64,000 bases of DNA, taken from the NCBI GenBank assembly GCA_905176665.1, contig CAJINA010000259.1, forward strand, positions 24,363 through 88,362, written 5' to 3'. The first letter of the stretch is position 1. Each line of letters opens with the position of its first letter. The notes under the pieces are model-generated. The model was not told the origin of the DNA, did not search any database, and saw nothing but the letters and a program-made list of their open reading frames with translations. The stretch is from Olavius algarvensis Delta 4 endosymbiont (GTDB taxonomy: Bacteria > Desulfobacterota > Desulfobacteria > Desulfobacterales > CAJINA01). The translations under genes were made by a program, and so were the position numbers. Positions 49,619 through 58,432 of the stretch are shown piece after piece.

Positions 49619-49849
49619 ATGGAAATCAAAGTGTTGGGCCCCGGATGCCCGAAGTGCCACCAGACGGAGAAAGTAGTCCAGGATGCAGTTGCTGAATCAG
49701 GCGTCGCTGCTGACATTGAAAAGGTAACGGACGCGATGAAAATTGCCGGCTATGGCGTTTTCGGGACTCCCGCCGTAGTGGTGAATGGTGAAGTTAAATC
49801 TGTAGGTAAAATCCCAAACAAGGAAGATGTACTTGCCTGGATTAAGTGA
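49619..49849 (+). CDS. small thioredoxin-fold redox-active disulfide protein
   Basis: 76 aa with a GPGCPKC CxxC motif and a C-terminal GVFGTPAVVVNGEV. This type of protein is commonly found next to ArsR-permease pairs. Confidence 0.85.
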   Translation: MEIKVLGPGCPKCHQTEKVVQDAVAESGVAADIEKVTDAMKIAGYGVFGTPAVVVNGEVKSVGKIPNKEDVLAWIK

Positions 49850-50104
49850 TCACATAGGAGAAAAAGGCCAGTGATAGACTGCGGTAAAATTTTGTTATCT
49901 GATGGACAGGCCGCATTCATCGCCGAACGGTCCGACGTGATGAGTATTTTTCGGGGCGCATAGGCAACATAGTAGCGTTATACGGTCTTCCAAAGGCTGT
50001 TGTGTGCATGCCCGACCCGAGCAGTGATTTGTATCCGGACACTCCCCGGGCATTGTCAGAATCCCCGGGTGAAGATCTCGCAGATTAGAACGTGATGGCC
50101 CTCA

Positions 50105-51461
50105 ATGACTCGAAATAAGCCCGGGAAAACTATTCGCAGCGTCCTGGACGCCTGTGCCGATTGTGATACCTGCCGCTTTTTAATGGACGAAAGCTGCCCG
50201 CTGTTTCCGGAACTCTATCGGCTGTACGACCAGGAAAAGGAAAAAAATGAACCGGCTGACTACGATGCATTACGAAAGTTGGCCGACCGTTGCACCCTCT
50301 GTGGCCTTTGTCCCTGCCCCAACATTCGTGCAGATGTAATCCGTGAGAAAACCGAAAGGGTCCGAGAAGAAGGAATGCCTCTGGGCGTTCGCTTGCTGGC
50401 CGATGTACAGACATTTGGGCGCTGGGGCAGCCTGGCTCCAAAGGTCCTGAACAAGGTGCTTTCATTTGCGGCTGTCCGGCAGGTAGCCAAAAAAATAGCG
50501 GCGATCCACCCCAAACGTGACATCCCTGAATTGGCCGGGGAAAACTTCTTTCACTGGGCACAAAAAAAAGGCCTGGTGCACGCCGCACAGCAAGCCCCCA
50601 AGGTGACTTACTTTGCGGGTTGCTCTGCCGGATATCTGTTTCCGGATGTAGCCAAGGCTACTGTTAGAACCCTGCACAGCAGCGGTGTATCAATCTACGT
50701 GCCTCCCCAGCAATGCTGCGGGATGCCCAGCCTGCTCGAAGGTGATGCGCCAACAGCCCTTAAGCGCATGGGCGCGAACCTGAAAATTCTACTGCAGGCT
50801 TTAGCGGATGGATATGATTTAGTCTGCTCATGCCCCACCTGTGGATTTTTAATGAAAGTGCTTTTAAAGGAAGGCGCGTTTTACTCGACTGATTATCAGC
50901 AATCGGTATCACCTGACGACAACGAAATGTGGGTTCCCGGAAATGAAACGGGAACGTCCAGTTTCATGCGTTTAAAAAAATCAGTCTATACAAAGATACT
51001 TACGGACAACAGCTACTTTTCTGACCTCGAGCCGCTGGAAAGGATCAACCTGGCTGCAAATATAATGGATTTGGGCCAATATCTAGAACGACTGCATGGT
51101 CGGGACCGTCTTAATACGCAGTTTGCAGCCGTACCTGGCCACATGGTATATTATGCGCCCTGTCACCAGCGGGAACAGCGAATGGGTACGCCCTACCTGG
51201 ACTTACTGTCAAAAATTCCTGATCTGAAAGTTAAACGGGTCGGCAACCAAATGGATTGCTGCGGCATGGGGGGGCAGCTTAGGCTATAAGCAAAGTTTTC
51301 ATGATATGGCGAAGCAGTTGGCCGAGCCGTTGATGCGCGAAATTCAAGCTGCCCAACCGGAGGCCATTATCACCGATTGCTTGAGTTGCCGGCTCCAATT
51401 TCAACATTTACTGCCTTACCCTGTATTTCATCCAGTGGAAATCATCTCGCAAGGGTACTAA
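50105..51461 (+). pseudogene. Fe-S oxidoreductase with two CCG domains (GlpC/GlcF/HdrD-like) carrying a frameshift in a G7 run
   Basis: The N-terminus has CADCDTCRF and CTLCGLCPCP clusters. CCG motifs are PPQQCCGMP and MDCCGMGG. The track ORF stops at 51289. Removing one G from the run at 51268-51274 gives MGGSLGYKQSFHDMAKQLAEPLMREIQAAQPEAIITDCLSCRLQFQHLLPYPVFHPVEIISQGY, ending at 51461. Confidence 0.7.
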
Positions 51462-51683
51462 AGAGCTATGTGCCCATACGAATCAAAATTATAACCAGCC
51501 GGGCTGTCACCAAAAGGTCGCAGAGGTAGTAAGAGAAAAAGTGTGTTTAGTACAAGAGGAAGTATCTTCGCTCTATGACTGAGTACAAAGTAATGCATCC
51601 GCCCATAAAGTTACTGATATTAAAAGCTTCTCTTCGCTGGATAAATTCGAATGGATGCACGAATAAATTCTATTGAAGACACA

Positions 51684-52010
51684 ATGATTATAGTCAAATC
51701 AATCAGCTACTTTATACTGGCAGGCTTATGTGAGATCGGCGGGGGATATCTGGTATGGCTGTGGCTGCGTGAAGGCAGGCCGTCTGCCTACGGTCTGTTC
51801 GGGGCAGTGATCCTACTACTCTACGGTGTGATTCCGACCCTTCAGCCCGCCAACTTTGGGCGAGTCTATGCCGCCGACGGCGGCGTATTCATTGTGCTGT
51901 CGCTTTTGTGGGGCTGGAAGATCGACGGCATCACACCCGACCGCTTTGACTTGATCGGTGGAGCTATCGCCCTCGCAGGGGTAACGGTCATCATGTATTG
52001 GCCGCGGTAG
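51684..52010 (+). CDS. ynfA: YnfA-family (UPF0060) small membrane protein
   Basis: [21 protein letters not shown] and [23 protein letters not shown] are present. Starting at MIIVKS (51684) gives the typical 108 aa. Confidence 0.85.
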   Translation: MIIVKSISYFILAGLCEIGGGYLVWLWLREGRPSAYGLFGAVILLLYGVIPTLQPANFGRVYAADGGVFIVLSLLWGWKIDGITPDRFDLIGGAIALAGVTVIMYWPR

Positions 52011-52084
52011 CTATATTCTGTCCATACCATCCGGCCTGGAATAACAGACGCACCTTTAACCCTCCGGTTTTCTGCAGCCTCATT

Positions 52085-52984
52085 CTATCTGGCCTCGGGG
52101 TTGGCAGGCGTGATACTGAGCAGCTGGTTGATTTCGCTTAATAAACGGCGATAAATGAGCTTGTTGGCTTTCTCCAGAGTGTAGGGCAGACATTCTTCCA
52201 CGGCACCAGTTTTCAAAGCGATACGTTGCAATTCTGCAATCAGCCCCGCACCATCAACTTTCTGGCTGCAGCAGGCCGTGCAGCGCCGGCAGGCCAGGCA
52301 CAGCCAAAGCGACGGTGATGCCAGCAACTCCTGATAAAGTCCGAGGTTAACCATGCGGAAAAGCGCGCGTGGATCGAAGACGTTGCGACTACCGGACGCC
52401 GGGCACCCGCTGCTGCATTCACCACGCGTAAAACAGGCCTGGGCTTGATGGGCGCTGGTCAATTTCCCGGTAAAGGATCTGACGGCGCTGTCCGCTCTGC
52501 CGGTAATGGCGCGCCCATCGGCGGGAATGGACGTATCTATCCAGCGATACCAAGTTGAATCTGATAAGTCTTCGAGTTCACCGCCCGCCAGGCAGATGGC
52601 GGTCGCTTGCCAGCGTACGCGCTGAAAACGCATCCACAGATCATAGTGTTTCTTTGCGGTTCCACGGGAAATATCGCCCCGGCGTATTTCTTCCGTGCGC
52701 ACATAATCAATGACAGCAGCCGGGCTGACAGTATTAGGGCATATATTGGCACAGCGCAGGCAGCGCTGGCAGTACCAGATATCCGGCAACTCGAGCAAGT
52801 GCGGCAACATCCCGAGGGCCGCCATACGCACAATACTTCGCGGCCGAAGGCGGCCGGTGAAAATGTTTACCGGGCATTCGAAGTCGCACGATCCACAGGT
52901 CCAGCAACGTTGAATACCGGCTAAATATACGGACTCAATCGAATTTCTCTGCTGGCGATCAACTCTGATGACGGGTGTATACAT
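52085..52984 (-). CDS. tandem HdrC-like 4Fe-4S protein
   Basis: 299 aa. The first module has CWTCGSCDFECP and CQRCLRCANICP. The second, degenerate module has CFTRGECSSGCP and CLACRRCTACC. Confidence 0.6.
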   Translation of the reverse strand: MYTPVIRVDRQQRNSIESVYLAGIQRCWTCGSCDFECPVNIFTGRLRPRSIVRMAALGMLPHLLELPDIWYCQRCLRCANICPNTVSPAAVIDYVRTEEIRRGDISRGTAKKHYDLWMRFQRVRWQATAICLAGGELEDLSDSTWYRWIDTSIPADGRAITGRADSAVRSFTGKLTSAHQAQACFTRGECSSGCPASGSRNVFDPRALFRMVNLGLYQELLASPSLWLCLACRRCTACCSQKVDGAGLIAELQRIALKTGAVEECLPYTLEKANKLIYRRLLSEINQLLSITPANPEAR

Positions 52985-53026
52985 ATCAACCTTTTCAGAT
53001 CAACACCTTCATTCTCAAGTGAAGAA

Positions 53027-53926
53027 CTATAAAAATTGTAGTATATATTTGAGAGCCACCAGGCAAATTACTGACGCCAGGATCAGTTTGATGGCGGTAG
53101 CGGGGAATCTTTTCTGGAAACGGGCACCGCAGTTCATACCAAGCAATCCGCCTACGCCGAACAGCAGGCCCAACAACCAATCAGGCGGGGCCGTCATCCC
53201 CTGTGAAATGGGGGCCAGGGAATAGATCGTTACACCTGCCAGGGAAATTATAAAATTTACCGTTAGAACGGCTTCGGCAATTGCATGGACCGGCAAATGC
53301 AAAACCGTTACCAGAAAGGGGGCCAGAAGGGCACCGCCGCCAATTCCGTATGTCCCGCCAATAACGCCAACGCAAAAGGCCGGCACCATTACCGCAGGGA
53401 TGCGGAAACAGAATTTGTGGCCGCGGTAGGCAAACTGCACCGCATGACTGCCTTCAACGCCGGTACACGACAAACCCGTCTCAGGCTCTCCAAGCCCCTG
53501 GCTGCGAATATGGTTGTAAATATCCTTCACCAGCCTCCAGGCAACAATCAGCAAAACTACACCTACAAATAATTTAAAATTTCGTGGATCGGGAAGGAGA
53601 ATTACCCTCAAGTAATACCCAAGCAGTACACCCGGCAGGGCGCCTGCAATCATGGTCAAAGCCAAACGCCAGGCAACCCGGCTTTCCCGGGCGTATTGGA
53701 TCACACCGCCGGGTGTTCCAACCACGTTGTAGAGAAAATTAGTAGCCGTTACCGATGGCGAAATAAACCCCAAGACACTCACCTGAAAAGGCATCAGTAA
53801 AAATGCACCGGAAATACCGGCCATTGAGGTAAAAAAAGAGATGCCGAAAGCAACGGCCGGCGGGATGAATAGGAAGGTCTCGATACCGGCGACAGGGAAC
53901 TGTATGAACAGGAAGTCCGCCCACAT
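53027..53926 (-). CDS. TauE/SafE-family sulfite/anion exporter-like membrane protein
   Basis: 299-aa polytopic protein with two internally repeated halves, each with a GGTYGIGGG-type glycine motif. Confidence 0.75.
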   Translation of the reverse strand: MWADFLFIQFPVAGIETFLFIPPAVAFGISFFTSMAGISGAFLLMPFQVSVLGFISPSVTATNFLYNVVGTPGGVIQYARESRVAWRLALTMIAGALPGVLLGYYLRVILLPDPRNFKLFVGVVLLIVAWRLVKDIYNHIRSQGLGEPETGLSCTGVEGSHAVQFAYRGHKFCFRIPAVMVPAFCVGVIGGTYGIGGGALLAPFLVTVLHLPVHAIAEAVLTVNFIISLAGVTIYSLAPISQGMTAPPDWLLGLLFGVGGLLGMNCGARFQKRFPATAIKLILASVICLVALKYILQFL

Positions 53927-54008
53927 GGTTTTTCCGTTTAAGAGATAGATGGCCGTTTACAGCACGAAAAGGCTTCAATCTTGGTATCCGGGTGCCATTA
54001 AATACCGG

Positions 54009-55040
54009 CTACATGCCCTTGCCAAACGGGCAGTGGGGATAACTGCACTCAGGGCAGTCCTTACACAATCCACCGTGGCCGATGAAGGCCAGCTCTTTGC
54101 TGGTTATCTTTTCCCCGGCCAGTATCCGCGGCAGCACCAGATCTAGTACTGTGATACGGTGATGCAGCCCGCAGGCCGGAATCCCCAGTAGGGGGACGTC
54201 ATCTATATAGGCCACCAGGAACATGGCCCCCGGAAGGGCGGCGGCGCCATAATAGAATTCAGTTGCACCGGCAGCCCGGATGGCTTTGCGGGTTACGTCA
54301 TCCGGATCCACACTCATGCCGCCGCTGAGCAGCAGGAGGTCGCAGCCGGTATCCAGGTGCTCAAGGATCGCAGCTGCAATCAGGGCTTCATCGTCGGGGG
54401 CCATCGATATCCCGGCCACGTTGGAGCCCAGGGCCTGTATTTTTTCGGTCAGGATCGGTGCAAATTTATCATCGATCAGACCATGAAAAACTTCGCTGCC
54501 CGTGACGACCAAACCTGCTCGGGCCTTTTTCAAGGTCTTCACGGTGATAATCCCGCCATTTTGCGCGGCGATGGCAGCTGCCCGGTCCACCGGGGCCCGC
54601 TGCATGACCAAAGGAATCGCCCGGGTGGCCGCCACCAATTCACCTTTTGCAACCAGGGTGTGGCTGTGCAAGGTGGCACACATCACCTCATCCACCAGGT
54701 TAAAAGCCGCCAGGGCGGCGGCATCCACCGTCAGCAGACCGTCACAGGCGGCATGCAGAGCAATCTTGCCTTCCCGGGGGTCATCCTCCCATTGGATCCC
54801 TTCACCAGCCAAGCTTTTGGCCAGTATTGTCGCCGCCTGATTTTCGTGGATTTCACCTTCGGCCAGATCGATGAGATAGAGGTGGTTCTTGCCAAGCTTC
54901 TGCAGATGACAGATATCTTCGTGGCACACTTCGTGGCCTTTGCGAAAAGCCGCCCCCTTGAACTCGCCGGGCCTGATCTCAGTAATGTCGTGTGCCAACC
55001 GGGTACCGACAGCCTTTTCTAAGCTTATCTTTTTTAGCAT
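54009..55040 (-). CDS. MoeA-like molybdopterin-binding protein with Cys-rich C-terminus
   Basis: 343 aa with the MoCF-binding motif LLLLSGGMSVDPDD. The C-terminus is GGLCKDCPECSYPHCPFGKG. Confidence 0.65.
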   Translation of the reverse strand: MLKKISLEKAVGTRLAHDITEIRPGEFKGAAFRKGHEVCHEDICHLQKLGKNHLYLIDLAEGEIHENQAATILAKSLAGEGIQWEDDPREGKIALHAACDGLLTVDAAALAAFNLVDEVMCATLHSHTLVAKGELVAATRAIPLVMQRAPVDRAAAIAAQNGGIITVKTLKKARAGLVVTGSEVFHGLIDDKFAPILTEKIQALGSNVAGISMAPDDEALIAAAILEHLDTGCDLLLLSGGMSVDPDDVTRKAIRAAGATEFYYGAAALPGAMFLVAYIDDVPLLGIPACGLHHRITVLDLVLPRILAGEKITSKELAFIGHGGLCKDCPECSYPHCPFGKGM

Positions 55041-55080
55041 GACGATCTATTCCAGTCCTTTTTTAGAATTCAACACGGGT

Positions 55081-55767
55081 TCAGCGCATAACAGACAGGC
55101 GATATTGGCAGGCTTGACCCGGGCGCACTGCTTCGGACGGACTGTCACCGGGAGCCCAATCCATGCCGGGCCAGGTTATTTCGCGGGCGTTGCTGAAATA
55201 GCAATTATCTGAACAGGGACTGCAGAGGAGCAATCCGTTTTCGACCTTCTCGCGACCGTCCCGGATGACCTGGCCGCAGCGGCTGCAGACAACTTTCCGA
55301 CGGGTCGGTCCCGGCAGGTCGCATGCTGCGAGCGCTACGTGTACCTTCTGCACCCGGAACAGGACGCTGTCCGGTATCCTTTTATAGGCAGCCAACTGCT
55401 GCGGCCCTTTTCCAGCAACATCCGGGGCATAAACGGCCGCCAGATCACGCGCCTCTTCCGTGGAAACAACCCGAAATGATCGGTCGGTCTCAAGGTTTAT
55501 AAACGTAGCCGCCATAATGCCGTAATCGACAAACTTGAGGCTGCGCCGTCCGAGCTTCACACCGGTCACGTGGGCAACGGCATCTGCAGTGCAGCGGTCC
55601 ATTTCAACATACACGATGAGCTTTTTGATCTGGTCCCTGCGCCGGGGGTGGTCGAGACCGATCAACCGGCAGCCGAGCATGGCCATCCGGACCCCCACGA
55701 TCTGCCCGGGACAAAGATGCCCATGGGCCTTGGCAGAAGACTCAAGTAAAACTTCGAACGGCTGCAT
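55081..55767 (-). CDS. FmdE-family protein with C-terminal zinc-ribbon
   Basis: 228 aa with HGHLCPGQIVGVRMA and DRCTADAV (FmdE core), plus CSRCGQ...LLLCSPC. Confidence 0.8.
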   Translation of the reverse strand: MQPFEVLLESSAKAHGHLCPGQIVGVRMAMLGCRLIGLDHPRRRDQIKKLIVYVEMDRCTADAVAHVTGVKLGRRSLKFVDYGIMAATFINLETDRSFRVVSTEEARDLAAVYAPDVAGKGPQQLAAYKRIPDSVLFRVQKVHVALAACDLPGPTRRKVVCSRCGQVIRDGREKVENGLLLCSPCSDNCYFSNAREITWPGMDWAPGDSPSEAVRPGQACQYRLSVMR

Positions 55768-55799
55768 ACAATCAATCCCTCAATCCGGTTGGCATGAAG

Positions 55800-56483
55800 C
55801 TACTCTACAGCCGTTTCCGATTGCGCGTGCCAATCGGCCACCGTTTCACCAAGCCGCTGCATGTCCTCCCTTATGAACTGCTGGGTGGCGGTAGCCAAAT
55901 ATCTGTAATATGGCAGCTCTGTTTCCTGGATGGTCAGACCGGTGAAGGCGTCGATCCACTGCCCCAGATGAGAATCTAGAAATTCAGATTGCTGCACGAG
56001 GCTTGCGGCGGCTTCATCAGCACGCCCCTTGTGGAGACAATTCAATTCTTCAACGATAAGCACGTGCATGAACTCCAGCTCGGCACTAATGTGGTCGGGC
56101 GGATTTTTGAAACCTTCATCTACGGTCAAACCGGCCGCTAAATAGCGTTTGACGACATCCAGGGTGCTGTCTCCCATGATTTGACGCTTGTCATCGAGGT
56201 AAATGGAACCGAAAGGCGGTGCCAGAAGCTGATACGGGCCGATAAAGAGTTTGGCGAACTGAATCTCGAGGTCGTCGACACTAATGCTTGTGTTCAGCTC
56301 ACTGCGCATCATGATCACTTGTGAAATAGCGATCGACCCCGTGGCGCACAGTCCTGTTTCGAGCTGTTTCAAAACTTCACTGATACCCGGTTCAGGCGGG
56401 CTATAGCATTTTGAAAACGCACGATAAAGTTCACTGCGGTATTTCTCAATACTCAGTACATCGTTCTCATTCATGTCATCCAC
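55800..56483 (-). CDS. TorD/DmsD-family redox-enzyme maturation chaperone-like protein
   Basis: 227-aa helical protein placed between the NrfD-type and FmdE genes. YRAFSKCYSPP and FAKLFIGP are typical of this family. Confidence 0.6.
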   Translation of the reverse strand: MDDMNENDVLSIEKYRSELYRAFSKCYSPPEPGISEVLKQLETGLCATGSIAISQVIMMRSELNTSISVDDLEIQFAKLFIGPYQLLAPPFGSIYLDDKRQIMGDSTLDVVKRYLAAGLTVDEGFKNPPDHISAELEFMHVLIVEELNCLHKGRADEAAASLVQQSEFLDSHLGQWIDAFTGLTIQETELPYYRYLATATQQFIREDMQRLGETVADWHAQSETAVE

Positions 56484-56588
56484 TCCATGTGTAATAATGA
56501 GTTGCCACTGTAAAGACCATCAGCTTTGAGACCTACGAGGCGGCCGGGAGGTAAGCGGCGGCCCCGCAGTGCTCAGGGCCGGCCGCAG

Positions 56589-57695
56589 TTAATCCGGCAC
56601 GGCTTCCAGTTTCAGGTAGCGCTCACCGATGCTGTACACCAGCAGCATGACCGCGAAGCCAAACAGGGCCACGAAGACCTCGTAGACAGTCGGCATATAG
56701 CTGACAATTTCAGGGCGGCCTTCCGCCATTTGACCGAGCGGCCGGACAACACCGCTGAGCACAAACTCCAAACGCCCGGCAAACATGCCGACGAGCAGGA
56801 GCGCACTGGCAGTAATCTTGCCCCCAACGGTAGCTCTGATTTTTGGAACCAGCATCAAGACAGTGGGCGCGACCAGACCCAGCCAGAATTCGATATTGTA
56901 TGGGATTGAACCGACCATGTGCTTGAAGGCCTGATATTCCACAGCAGTCGAAGATATACCGCCGCTGACGGTACGCCACAGAAAAAGGACCCCGATAACG
57001 CCGGCGACAATTCCCATCAATCGCGCAAACTCATTGAAAAGAGCGTCTCTGTCGGCGGTCAATGACTGATTCGTCAGATAGTTGTATATCATGGTAAACA
57101 AAAGCAGCGCAGCCATCCCGGAAGCAAGCCCGGTGAGTGGGAAATAAAAGGAAAAGAAAGAGGCATTCAAAGACGGTCGCGCATCGGTCATACCCAACAA
57201 CCAGCCAAGGGTCGTGGATGTAAAGATAGCAATTATGAAGACCAACATCCCCAATGTTTTGCTTATGGATCCAGTGTGTATGCGCCAGAACGCGCTGAGC
57301 AGCAGAACAAAATAAGCACCGTAGAGCACAGCCAACCACCATAACGGTGAGGCCGGATTTGGGGAAAGCAAAATATAGATGACATTCAATGGGGCGCCGA
57401 GATGCAGAATCAGGCAAACAAAGGAGCCGAGCAAAACAGCAATCTCCAGATACACCGTACGTTTTTCAATCACCTCGTATCGTTTTATACCGAACACGAC
57501 TGGAAAAGAGGAGACGAAGGCCAAGCCGGCGCTGGTAAGGCTGAAAAATATATAGGTCGACAGTGGCAAAGTCCAGACCAGGACATCCGTTTTGGCATAC
57601 ACTGCAAACCCGACGGAATAGACTTTGAAAGTTGTCCAGAGGCCGAGAAGAATGCCGAGGCCCAGCAATCCAATCCAAAGATTATATCTATTCAT
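56589..57695 (-). CDS. NrfD/PsrC-type polytopic membrane quinol-interacting subunit
   Basis: 368 aa with about 8-10 TM. It directly abuts the Fe-S subunit gene (57695/57696). Confidence 0.8.
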   Translation of the reverse strand: MNRYNLWIGLLGLGILLGLWTTFKVYSVGFAVYAKTDVLVWTLPLSTYIFFSLTSAGLAFVSSFPVVFGIKRYEVIEKRTVYLEIAVLLGSFVCLILHLGAPLNVIYILLSPNPASPLWWLAVLYGAYFVLLLSAFWRIHTGSISKTLGMLVFIIAIFTSTTLGWLLGMTDARPSLNASFFSFYFPLTGLASGMAALLLFTMIYNYLTNQSLTADRDALFNEFARLMGIVAGVIGVLFLWRTVSGGISSTAVEYQAFKHMVGSIPYNIEFWLGLVAPTVLMLVPKIRATVGGKITASALLLVGMFAGRLEFVLSGVVRPLGQMAEGRPEIVSYMPTVYEVFVALFGFAVMLLVYSIGERYLKLEAVPD

Positions 57696-58421
57696 TTATA
57701 CACCTCCTTTCGTCCTTGGGTAACCGGCCGAGCTGAAATCCCTGATGTAGTAGACCGCAGGTTCCGTCCCCACGGCTTCCTTCAGCCGAAATGGTCTGAA
57801 CTTACCCAATAATTGGTTAACCTCACTTTTAGGATCGTCGAGGTCTCCGAAAACCCGGGCGTCCGCCGGACAGGCTTCCACGCAGCGCGGCAACTTGTCC
57901 CGCGAGACCCTGTGATCGCAAAACGTGCATTTCTCCACGACCCCTTTGGGCCGGATATCAGGCAGGGTTGCGCCGCGTTCGGGGTTAAAATATGGTACGC
58001 CCTTTCCGCCGTTCTTACGAACTTCTTCGGCCGGCGATGAGGTCACGTTGGGAATTACGGCTTTGTTGTCCTTCCAAGAGGCGTGGGCATTTTTCCAGTT
58101 GAAGTAAATCACCCCGTACGGGCAATTGATCATGCAGTACCGGCAACCGATACATTTGTCCGGGTCATGCATGGTGATGCCGTTATCAAGTTTGTGCATC
58201 GCCCGCGTGGGGCAGCCGCGCACACAAGGGGGATTTTCGCAGTGGTTGCATAGAGTCGGGATATAGTGATACCGCACATTGGGAAATGTTCCCGAGGTTT
58301 CCGTTATTTTATGCGACCAGTAGAACCCTTCCGCCACGTTGTTTTCATTGCGACAAGAAATACTGCAGGAACCGCAGCCAACGCACCGCCGAAGGTCGAT
58401 GACCATTGCATATCTTGGCAT
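57696..58421 (-). CDS. four-cluster 4Fe-4S subunit (PsrB/PhsB/DmsB-like)
   Basis: 241 aa with CVGCGSCSISC, CNHCENPPCVRGCP, CIGCRYCMINCP and CTFCDHR...CVEACP. Confidence 0.9.
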   Translation of the reverse strand: MPRYAMVIDLRRCVGCGSCSISCRNENNVAEGFYWSHKITETSGTFPNVRYHYIPTLCNHCENPPCVRGCPTRAMHKLDNGITMHDPDKCIGCRYCMINCPYGVIYFNWKNAHASWKDNKAVIPNVTSSPAEEVRKNGGKGVPYFNPERGATLPDIRPKGVVEKCTFCDHRVSRDKLPRCVEACPADARVFGDLDDPKSEVNQLLGKFRPFRLKEAVGTEPAVYYIRDFSSAGYPRTKGGV

Positions 58422-58432
58422 TGTTTCCCTCC

